In this document: piece after piece, positions 31,668-42,623 of the stretch
Layout of the letters: the number at the start of each line of letters is the position of its first letter
Position numbering within the stretch: position 1 is the stretch's first letter
Origin: Trichoplax adhaerens
Lineage: Eukaryota; Animalia; Placozoa
Direction of reading: 5' to 3'
DNA length: 64,000 nt
NCBI RefSeq assembly: GCF_000150275.1
Contig: NW_002060945.1
Location: forward strand, 5,257,397 to 5,321,396
Notes under the pieces: model-generated
Seen by the model: the letters and a program-made list of their open reading frames with translations, nothing else
Told to the model about the DNA's origin: nothing
Database searches by the model: none
Position numbers and translations under genes: made by a program

Positions 31668-32669
31668 ATGAATGTTTCCAATTTTAAGAATGGAACAAAT
31701 AATCCTATTCGTATCAACTTCAGTATCGGCTACTTTCTATTATCTAATATAACTATAATTACTAATCTTTTTTTGATTAGCATCATTACTTTAAGGCGTA
31801 TTCGCAGCTTAAATAGCACAATTATGGCAAGTATGTGTACGGTGGATATCTTGTATGCAACGATCTATTTATATCCCCGATTTGCCTTCCCAACGAGTTC
31901 AAGATCAAATATCTATTTTTGCAATATCTTACCAAAGCTTGGTATAGCTTTTATTATCAATTTAAGTTTTCACCTCTGCCTACTCAGCCTCGATAAATAC
32001 TTATCGATAACTAGACCATTCTTTTACAACAACCACGCCACTATCGGGAAAGGATCGCTGGTAATATGTATGTCTTGGATTGCATCATTACTTATAGCAT
32101 TTTTACCATTTTTTACATTTGACACCATTCATCGATCAATATGTTCACTTTATTCCGAAAATCTAGAAAATGACCGGATTTATCTCTTATTCGTCTTTAT
32201 CATCTTATTTTTTATGCCATTGACGTCTTCAATTATTGTCTATTTGCGACTATTTATCATCGTCTATCGGCACAACAGTAGAATCATTTATGAAAATGCT
32301 TCAAGAAGTAATCGAGCTATTAACGTGATTATTAAGAATAAAAAAGTCATTTTTCAGGTTTGTGCCGTTATTGGCATGTTTACCGTTTGTATGACGCCCT
32401 ATACTATCTGTTTTTTAACTATTGGCTTAGTAGCACCCTTATCAAAGTCAGCTATTACTCATTTAATAGCTTCACAATATCTAGCATTTGCTTATCCTAG
32501 CATAAATCCACTAGTTTACGGTTATTTTATGGCTGATACACGTCACGAAATTATAACTCTTTTTAGAAAAATGTGTGGTTATAGTACTGAGCAAAAGAAG
32601 CCTAATCATTATTCCGCAAGCCAGATTACTGGGAAGTTCCGTAGCAACTCGATTAGCATAAACTATTAG
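31668..32669 (+). CDS. Rhodopsin-like (class A) GPCR, intronless CDS, orphan
   Basis: 333-aa ORF with seven hydrophobic segments, N-terminal sequons, TM1 N, TM2 D, TM3 LSLDKY, TM4 W, TM5 FFMP, TM7 NPLVY and the two Cys for the TM3-ECL2 disulfide. A strong 3' splice site (tttcatag, ~31646) just before the ATG implies 5'-UTR exon(s). Confidence 0.92.
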   Translation: MNVSNFKNGTNNPIRINFSIGYFLLSNITIITNLFLISIITLRRIRSLNSTIMASMCTVDILYATIYLYPRFAFPTSSRSNIYFCNILPKLGIAFIINLSFHLCLLSLDKYLSITRPFFYNNHATIGKGSLVICMSWIASLLIAFLPFFTFDTIHRSICSLYSENLENDRIYLLFVFIILFFMPLTSSIIVYLRLFIIVYRHNSRIIYENASRSNRAINVIIKNKKVIFQVCAVIGMFTVCMTPYTICFLTIGLVAPLSKSAITHLIASQYLAFAYPSINPLVYGYFMADTRHEIITLFRKMCGYSTEQKKPNHYSASQITGKFRSNSISINY

Positions 32670-34085
32670 CACTTAGCAATTGCCCGTTCTTCTTTAACTT
32701 CTGCAGGTATTTATATCATCCATTTATCACTAAGAATTATGTTTTTAAACTTTCAAAGATTTAATATACATGTACTAAATATCCGCCATTGACGGTAGTC
32801 TATGATACCATCACTATTGCAGTTATAGTGAGTATTGTGTTCATATATTGCTGTACGATCAAGGCTCAAACATAGGCTAAAAAATAGAGAAAAGATTTTG
32901 AGATGAATACTGTTAATAGACGTATCAAAAATTTACTGTTACCTTAATATTAAATATAAGACTATTCGAATTATCAAATTTACTATTGACGAATGCTACC
33001 ATTAAAGTGGAATAAAGATTAAATATTTAAAATACTTATAATATTCTATTACGACAGAGTTTTATTGCCGCCAACTTAATAGCTGCTTTAAGTTTTGTAC
33101 ATAATTCTTATTCTATGTATTTATAATTGCTGGCAACAAGGGTAGAAATAGGTATCAATGTTAAATCATGTTTAATTTATTTACCATTGATCATTTATGC
33201 GATTGAGGTTAGTACTGTAAATGATTGCACTCATGTTATACATTATGATAGGAGGTAATTATTCTGTATGGTCAATAAATCTCACTTTTATTAAAATTTC
33301 TAGAAAATCAGCCTAGAACTAACTAGCAACTTGATTTCGTATTTCTCTCTAGTCATGATATCACTGAGTTAATCATACTGTATGAATTACGATGTCTCCA
33401 TATGTAGGTACAGAACATAGATATGACTGTATCTGATACTCCATATACTTCACATAGGGCACTACTAGTAAAAGCAAGGATTTGTAAAATGAGTAAATTA
33501 GAATGATCTAACATTACCAAGTAGATATTAATGAATTCTAGAGATAGTAAATGACAACTGTGATGATTATACGAACTTTTTACATTATACTTTTATACGA
33601 GTTTATAGTATATCCATAGTTTCTGATATCATTCGGTGAAATGAAGATGCTTACAGTAGCATATCATTTGATTTTATAGCGTTTTAATCTTGTTAGCTTA
33701 CGAATCATAAGCTGTATGTAAAAGGCTTATTTATAGTAGTATATGTAAATTTAATTACGTCAATTCTACAGCAGATTTAAGTGAAAGATTAGGAATGATA
33801 AGATTCTATTGAATGAAAGATTTTATAATGTATGATAGGTATTGCGAGTGCTACTTTACTAATTAAACACGAACTAGATTATCTGACTTGTAATTAAACG
33901 CCTTAATGCTATATTGCTATATTATTAGTGGTACTTGACAAAGTATAAATTGCATCATCATTCGAAATTTATAAAGACTAGCAAAGTAGAAAAACTGCTA
34001 AAGTAGAATAAAGCATTGCACTGATAGAGCCTTTAAATGATATATTTTTTTCTCATAATATAAAGTAAAAGTCCAAGTGTATATA

Positions 34086-34114
34086 TATATGTTAAGGATT
34101 GACCTTAACATATA
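34086..34114. repeat. Perfect 12-bp inverted repeat with 5-nt loop
   Basis: tatatgttaagg attga ccttaacatata. Confidence 0.8.
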
Positions 34115-34910
34115 CATTACGTAAAGTATAACGAGCGCGGGCTCTGCTAGTATAAAATTATCAATGACCGTGTCTTCTTTCCATTGGGAACCAACAGAGT
34201 TAATTTATGAAAAGATTTGATGACGTCCATATGACTTGGTTTACTTACTGTGCGAGTACTATTGTAATGCAAGTTATGAATTCATTATAGGCAATGTCTA
34301 ACTATTAATTACTGCCAGAACTAATCAATCAGTAACAGATTGTTAAGGGAAATGATTAAAGTAGATCAGCTTGATATTTTATTCTTTTTTTTTATTATAC
34401 TCAGCTCATCTTCTACTGTACATTGATCATTTCGCCAAGATTTTACGATGTACCGGTAGATACTCGTACGTATGATTTGGCTTACTTGCGAGTTTTATTG
34501 TAATAGAGGTGATAAATTAAGGGCAGTAATTAATTATTAGCTCAATCTCTAATACGATGTACGGTATCGACATTTTATGCACTGGCTGTTCTACATTAGA
34601 GAATCACCGACTAGTCCCAGCTGGTGATGAATGGAGCATAGTGTTGCATCATGTAGTAACCGATCATATATTCTCTTTCAATAACCTTGTTATGTTTACA
34701 TCGTGATATTACTAACATTCGTATTAATTATTACGATTTAGATATGTTTTTTTACAGTATATCGTATAGTTGTTTTAAGGCTATTACAGCTAAGATATCG
34801 GAGGAGAGAGCTAGGAAAATCGTGGAGTTTTTTTATTGAATTTGATCTTGGATTTGATCTTGCTCGTTGTTGGAAAGATATCGGCTTTGATTTAGATTTA
34901 TGTTGAGTTT

Positions 34911-35168
34911 CTCATTGGTAATTGGTAAGTTTTTCCTAATTAACAATAAATGAATTGGATGTATTAGTTGATCTACCAGTCTGGTCATTATTAAGCACTC
35001 ATTGGTAAACGGTAAGTTTTTCCAAATTAACAATAAATGAATTGGATGTATCGGTTGATCTACCAGTCTGGTCATTATTAAGCACTCATTGGTAAACGGT
35101 AAGTTTTTCCAAATTAACAATAAATGAATTGGATGTATCGGTTGATCTACAAGTCTGGTCATTATTAA
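34911..35168. repeat. 87-bp tandem repeat, ~3 copies
   Basis: Units start with ctcattggta at 34911, 34998 and 35085. Copies 2 and 3 are nearly identical; copy 1 differs at a handful of positions. Confidence 0.95.
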
Positions 35169-35467
35169 TTACTCTATCTCAATATTAGCATCACGCCCAA
35201 TTGTCTCTACGCGTCTATTACTATATAATTCAGAAACTATGTGGCCTATATACTGTAAACTAGTGAATTATATTGTTCCAATGTGGTTTATTCTCCTTGC
35301 CACTTATTTCTATTCTTCCCACATGAGCTATTATTCAATTGCTATCCGTATAATTCTCACACTATCCTATTTCATTGGCCGACATTTGCTGTCAAATGCT
35401 AACCGAGGTATGTGCTAGCCAAAATGAAAGTGATCAAGCAGTCCAGTTCGTTTATGCGCTTGCGTGC

Positions 35468-35630
35468 ACTGTACCACTCTACAGTACTGTTCTTCAATTT
35501 TTTTCTTGACTGTACTGTAGTGTACAGTACAGTACAGTACTGTACAGTAGGACAGTTCAAGATTACAGTGTGCAGTACACTCCGTACAGTGCAAGTACTG
35601 TACTCGACGTGAGGTGCTTACTGTACGGTA
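35468..35630. repeat. ACTGT/ACAGT pentamer array upstream of the B4GALNT-like gene
   Basis: actgtactgtagtgtacagtacagtacagtactgtacagta plus flanking degenerate units. Confidence 0.9.
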
Positions 35631-35897
35631 GACGGTCAAGAGAATGAAAATGATATCAGCCTAGCGTAGATCCAAGTGGTCTGAGCTTGGTCCAGAAAAC
35701 TCCTTCCACTTTCTTAACTGCAACGAATAGAAACTAAAATTTCAACACTGGTCGAGAGGATCAAAATAATTGGAGATGCTTTAGCGAATTGGTCTGGCCA
35801 TGGTGTTACCTTGAGTGGTTATAAAACAACAGGATCATTTTGAAAATAGGACAGTATGCAGCTTTGATAGCGTTCTCATTTTATAACGAGGGAAGAA

Positions 35898-38800
35898 ATG
35901 GCTCTTTGGCTATGGAGGAAGCGATCAACTCTGGCTTTCCTTGTTTTGCTCATCTTGGTGATCGCTTTCATCTATCGATATTGGACGACCGTCATCCACG
36001 GTAATATGATATCCTTATCAACTAAGGAGATGTATCTAATCGAACGAGGATAGCACTATCGATGTGCCTATTCTTGAAAGTCAGAAGTGATTAATTGCTT
36101 CATTTTATCGCTGTATAAAATTTGACATCCTTGAAGAACGAATAACTGCATCACAGACAACTGTTGTAGTCAGATTAACCCAGAGAGGTCAAAGACTATA
36201 GTTTAGGTAGTGCAGCATTTGATTTTATTCCATTGACGCTTCAATACATGGTCATCATTGACTACAAATGAACATATATTGACTAGTAAATTTATAATTG
36301 TAGTCAATCGGCGTTCTTTAATTCTACTTAAACTATAAGAGAAGGGAAGTTTCATTCACAAATGCAAAGGCCATCAACCCATCTGCTAATCATTGTTAGG
36401 CTAGGTAATGCAACGGCTTATTGTACCAGATAAATTTCGAAACTTTAATCTATTTAAATGCTGCCAAGTGATGTACACTCGTATAGCTATACTGATAACA
36501 TAGCTGTAGAGTTTCATTAATTTAGTTACACTATGAAGAGATGAGGAAAAGTTCAATTCATAATAGCAAATGCAACCAATTTCTTCATCTATCCATACAG
36601 TATACTGTACTCAATATTACTAATAGCATAGAGACCTGTGAGTAATGGCGTGAGTAATGTAATCCAATTAACTACGCACAAGGTATGTCACATTGAAATA
36701 ATCTGCAGCATATTCGAATACCCGTATTGCCATTATAGATAATCGTCGCGGTCAATTATATGTTTCACAGTGCCAATACTATCGTACAAATTTTAAAAGA
36801 TAAAAATTTCTACTAGGGAAGGCTGTACAACTAGATCGATCAAAAGTATAAATGAAAAGTTCGAGTCACGCCATTAATTTTGAATATTAATTAATTTATA
36901 CGCTGGAAGTAAAGCTAGAAAATGGACTACGAGTTTTTGTAACCGCTGATGTTAGTAGTCGTTCACGGCTAACATTGTGTTGGCCGTAATAATGATACAT
37001 TAGAAGTTGAGATCAAATCATTTTAACTTTTGTTTTCTTTGATACTGCGTAATATCATACGAATATGTTGCTATGACGTACTTTAATTACAGTACAGTAC
37101 TATGCTAGAAAATTTATATCAATGGATAATTTATCAGTAAAGTTCAGTATGCTACAAGGCATGATTATATGTTTTTGGATTACAGCTGGCACGACTGATT
37201 TAACTCTATCCCAAAAAATGAAATTGCAAGAGCGTAGAATTGGTCTACAAGGAGAGGTAAACTAGCGCTTTGAAATAATCAATTTCTACAGTATACTAAA
37301 ATATCATCAATCGGATACATACATTACATATACAGCTACTGTATTTATTGACGATCAATTTAATTGTAAGAGTAGACATATTATAACGAATCAATTAGCA
37401 AATATTGCTAAAGAATGCATTGTCTTCGTAAGTGATTTTTCATCGGTCGAGCTTTTCAGTAGCAGCCTTTCAACATTACGCTGTTGTATGACGCACTTGG
37501 TGAACATACTACTGTATACAGTATAGTAGTTTATAGTTTATATAGGATAATCATCTTGAACATCATTTCTTTTCATTAATATATCTATTACTTTTGAAAT
37601 CTGTATAGTTTTACTTGGAGACACTTTTCAAAATTTTTTTCCTTTATTGTAATCACTATTTTGAAATACTCCAATACTCATTAAAACTATTCATTCATAA
37701 CATGACTATCCCTTCAAGGTACTAATTGATAATTTCGTTTATTACTGTCTGGCTGACTCTCTTATTTTGTAAAATGGACAGTGTATCAAACTTACAGCAA
37801 TTCAAATTATATCATAAGTAGTGAACTATACACTAATGATTATAGTGCATCCGGGTATGCATGGAACAGTTTACAAATATTGTTATTTTAACGTTATATT
37901 CCGTATACTGTACGGCTAGTATAGTATTGGGTATATTCTACACGCAATGATCAATACAGGGTGAACAGTAATAGCTATTTGCACAATAGACAGTACAATA
38001 TGATTTGTTTAAAAATTAAGCAAAACACTGTCATCATAGCCGAGTGTTAAGATAGACTTTTTCATAGAAATTTTCATAACGCCTTTGTTAGTAAATTAGA
38101 ATTATAATTAACTCGTTGCTGATTAAAATTAGCGAGCTGGAATGTGGACTCGTCACATTTGGTTTAATATCTGTGGTAATTTGCTTTACTCACTAAAAAA
38201 ACATCTCAACTTTCCTCTTCAACCGGATGTAAGTTTAATTAAGTTTATTATCATTTGAGACAAAAAAGAGGTAGTTATAAAAGACCCCTTTTATTAAATT
38301 TTATCAAGAATAAATTATAGATTTACAGATAGCTTCACTTTAGTAAAGTGATATACTGTAGTACTGATTAGGCTATATAAGGATGTAAAATAATATATCA
38401 GTACATAAACTTATTTCACGTTATCATTAGTAAATATTTTTACTGCATTCATCAGTGGACAAGTTAATGATCACTTGTTCATTCATAAATAGTACCTTGC
38501 TATTTGTAAATTCTCATCTTATTCGTAATAATATTAATAGCAAGAAATGGTTATTCGTTCTTTATCGATAACTACGAGTAAAAAGTTTACTAACTTTGGA
38601 GAGCGAATTTTTGGCTATATACATCCCTATACTACTGGTAGGTTTACTTATTCATAAGAAAGTAATAATGATTGATAATATAGTCATTATGGTACTATTT
38701 TAGTGCCGGATCTGCATTTTTGTTATCATCGTAAATGCAGTAGAATTTGTCTGATTGGCATTGTTATCTTACAGAAAAATTTATACTCCTAACCTTTAAT

Positions 38801-41800
38801 ATTTTAGGACATTATCAATTTGTTCTATCAGCTTATGATACATCAGAATTATGGATCAGTTCCAATGACGACCCTTACAATGTTGTACTTCATAGTTTTA
38901 TCAGACAAGTAAGCACTGCTCATAAAAGTCTTAGCAAAAGCACTTGTTATGATCGAGGAAAGATTGTATTAATATTAAATTCTTAGCATAGTATATACTG
39001 TACAGTGTTATAGCATATTGTATGTATATATATATATATATATATTTTCTCATCTCTGTAATTAATCTTATGCAAATTGGTTTGAACAGCCTTCGTATAT
39101 GATGCATAACGTATTTGCCTGGTACAGAGAATACAATAAGTACAGTACACAACTCACCAAAGCATTACACCTTGAAGAGGGGAAGAAATATTTTATTGAC
39201 ATACTTCACAAGCAAGGGCAACTTCCAGGACATCTTTCTATACAGGTTTCAATTTAAAATTTTTATATGCTACAAAGTTGCTAGTTACTGTATTTACTGA
39301 ATAACTTCAGTTTTACTTGAGATATCATTGACTTGCAGTGGAAGGGTCCTGAAATGTATGAATTTAAAGATATACCAGCGAATTCGTTATCACTCTATGA
39401 TGGTAATGAAATACACATTTGTAGTAATTCTCTGTTGCTTCTGTAATATTAGAATTTTAAATTATGACTTGAACATATGACCATGTAGCATACCTTTTTA
39501 CTACATTTATAGGTACTGGAAATAAGGGTAGAAATATTGCTTGGAAAAGAAATGATATTCCAGTTGATCTTCCAAGCACATTCCTAGTACGGAAAATTGT
39601 TCGCAAATGATCACTTATTACTGCTACAGATCACCTAGTTCCTAGTTTACCTAGAATTTTTTATTTATTGACTGATTTAGTCTGATCACGATGGCTTAGT
39701 ATTGAGTAAAGAAAAAGTTAATGACCGCGAAAGCATGTACAAATGTAAGTGGCATTATAATTATAATAAGAAACGTAAAATTATTCAGCATGGGTTGTGC
39801 ATTTGGTTGTGTCAGTACCCCTATTAGAAGAAAAACAAACGCAGGATATATTACCAACATGCCAGTATTCACCAACTTATATAATCAGAAAGAAAATTAG
39901 GCGATATTCATGTTATCACTATGTAAGATTTTTAAGCATTTGCTTCTAAACTGTCTAGTGTTTCGTTTACTAACATCAAATTAACATTTAACTTATAGAT
40001 AGTTCCGACGCAGGTCTTCCCAAGAGATAACACTTGGATAGCTGACTTCCGCAGAACCAGTGCTGGAAATAAGGAGATCCAGTTATTTGTATGTTGTTAG
40101 ATATACAGTACAGCTTTTCTAGAAAGTAACCCACGTGGTACTATAGCAAATTTAAAAAGCACATCAACACCACTTTGGATGTAAATGTTAGACATTAATA
40201 CACATTAGGATGTCCAGCAAGTAAATCGGACATATACTAATGCCTTGATGAAAAAACATGAAGGGTACTTAAATCTTTTTCAGCAGTTAGTCGTTCACTG
40301 CCTACAGTATGCGCTAAACTAATCTATATCATTTAATAGACGATTACTGTACAAGAAACTTTTAAATTTAGAACAACGCGTCGATGACAAGCGTGGAGAG
40401 ATATATCTGATAGAACTGGTGACTAGCAATGGATCAATGCATTGATTGCAGTTGATCATCGTAACAAAACTTAGTCTTTGTCTATTGTGTTTTAGGAGGT
40501 TGAGCTTAACCGTTCGAAAGATATCGAAAAATATGGATGTAATTATAATTTACTTAGTTATTTAGTTAGTAACAATGCTCCTCTTTAATAAATGTATTAA
40601 TATTGATATTAATAATATTCATGATTTGTCTTTTAGCACGGACGGTTAGGATATCGCAATATGTATATAGATATTTAAGAAATCAATCTAGGTTATGCCT
40701 TCCAGAGGGAATACACTGGAACCGCCATGCTGACGTGTATGCTATTGTTTGCGGTTAGTTATCGTTGATACTTTACTGACGGTAAATACTGATGGTATGC
40801 GCATACGTCAACCAAATGTTTTCTCTTAATTCCGATACTTTACTCGTAATGTATATTTTTACTACTCTTAGTATACAACCAAGGTATATGGGTAAAACAT
40901 TTCATCAAACAAATGGCACAGGTAAAATCTTGCGCTTCTACGTTCTGTACTTCTTGTTCTCTGCTCGATATTTAATTAATTACATAATTTATTTATTTAT
41001 TTATTAAATTATACGATTGATAATTATAATAGTTTCAAAAACAAGCCAAAGGATATACCCTTCATGTTATTATCGTTGATCATCATAGCACTGATGCAAA
41101 CATGACAGAGCTGATGCTTGATAGTGAATTGAAAAGGTGTGATTCGTAGTGAAGGGCCACAAATTGTATAATAAAGGTTCAAAATTTTATAATATTTGAT
41201 CCTTTATATTAAACTATCTTCACTTTTTATGTCTTTTTCCGATAGCTATACCTTAATACAAAGACAGGGAATTTTTTGGAAAACTGCAGCTATTCAAGCT
41301 GCTATAGAAACTATAAAGGTTGGTAAAATTTTGATTAGTTAGTAGCTGAGTATTTATGCTGAAACTTACGAATCGAATAATATAACAAAGAGAAAGGATT
41401 TGATTGTAATATTTTATTGTCTTTAGGATCCCCATAGTATTGTGCTAATGTTAGACTTGCATCTTTACTTTCCATCTGATTTTATTGATATAATACGCAA
41501 GGTTTGACGATTTCCCTTTGTTAATTTAAGTATGGAGATGTACAATAAATCTAACCATCTTTTAATTTCACTTACTAGCACACCGTAGAAGGAAAATTAG
41601 CGGCTGCACCGATATTGATTAGGCTTCATTGCGGCTATTCCAGAAAAGAATTAAATGGTTTGTTACAAATGTTTGAGATTATTTTGGCTACAGTGACATT
41701 ATTGTAATAAAGTATACTTTTAGGTTTCTGGGAAACGGAAGGTTTGGGTATTTTGGGTATTTTTAAATCTGATTTGGATCGTATTGGTGGAATGAATACA

Positions 41801-42066
41801 AGAGACTATAAAAGCAAGTGGGGAGGAGAAGATGTTGAATTAGTCGATAGGTAAATATTCATGCTTTGTCTTCAATGTGAATTCAGTCTTTTTTACGAAT
41901 TTATGCATGTAGCTTAAGCTATCGATGACTTGACCCTTTCATTCATTATAACAGGGCAGTCGGCTTCGGATTGGAAATATATAGAATTAAGGTTCCAAGA
42001 TTTTATCATCAGTATCATTCGAGGAAAGGAATGTGGGATAAAAATTCCTTACCCACCGTATTGTAA
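35898..42066 (+). CDS. Beta-1,4-N-acetylgalactosaminyltransferase B4GALNT3/4-like (type II TM anchor, PA14 domain, GT7/CHGN-like catalytic domain), ~20 exons
   Basis: [24 protein letters not shown] anchor; PA14-like [12 protein letters not shown]...[16 protein letters not shown]...[11 protein letters not shown]; catalytic [53 protein letters not shown]; ends [16 protein letters not shown]. All exon phases checked by hand are consistent. Confidence 0.9.
39025..39044. repeat. (TA)n microsatellite in a B4GALNT-like intron
   Basis: Uninterrupted TA run. Confidence 0.85.
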
Positions 42067-42623
42067 TCGTGATGATATTCGAACGAAGAATATTTGAAAT
42101 AAGCTTATTATGAGTTATTTACTGTGTGTATGGATAGGTAGAGCTTATCTATTTTATAGACTTTTCTTAACAATTTATACTTACAGTTAGGGCGAAGGCG
42201 CTCTATTGTTTATATTCCACATATTACATAGAATTTTAGTAATTTATTTAAATTCAAGATAATACTGCACAGTGTGCAGAGCCACTATAATGCCTTGAGA
42301 TGGTGTCTATTTTATTCTTGATGGATTTACATAAATCATATAATTATTCTTTCCAATGTAAATGTATCACGACCGGTTTATAGAAAATGCCATTACAACA
42401 AAATGGTACATTACATTATATACATACTGTGCACATTACTAACAATTAATGTTTATGACGTCTATTCTAAGTTTTCATAATTCAATTTCGATATGCAAGG
42501 CAGAATTGTTTAACTGTAATTTCATTTATAATATATCAATGTGTATCATGAGACTTCATGTTACTCTTATTTTAAGCCCTCGGCAATCGTTTACAACTTT
42601 AATTTGTAGCCAGCTGGCCATTA

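Noticed and set aside
32470-32520. GPCR as an opsin
   Set aside because: The position equivalent to rhodopsin K296 is Phe, and there are no other opsin-specific motifs.
34911-35168. Possible CRISPR-like array
   Set aside because: Head-to-tail 87-bp units with no unique spacers, in a eukaryotic context with no cas genes.
36009-36017. ATATCCTTA, a possible AT-AC U12 donor in B4GALNT-like intron 1
   Set aside because: A canonical GT donor at 36001 splices in phase to the AG at ~37185, and I found no matching branch/AC acceptor.
41246-41318. Suspected frameshift in a B4GALNT-like exon
   Set aside because: Recounting the T-run gives an open frame ([24 protein letters not shown]).
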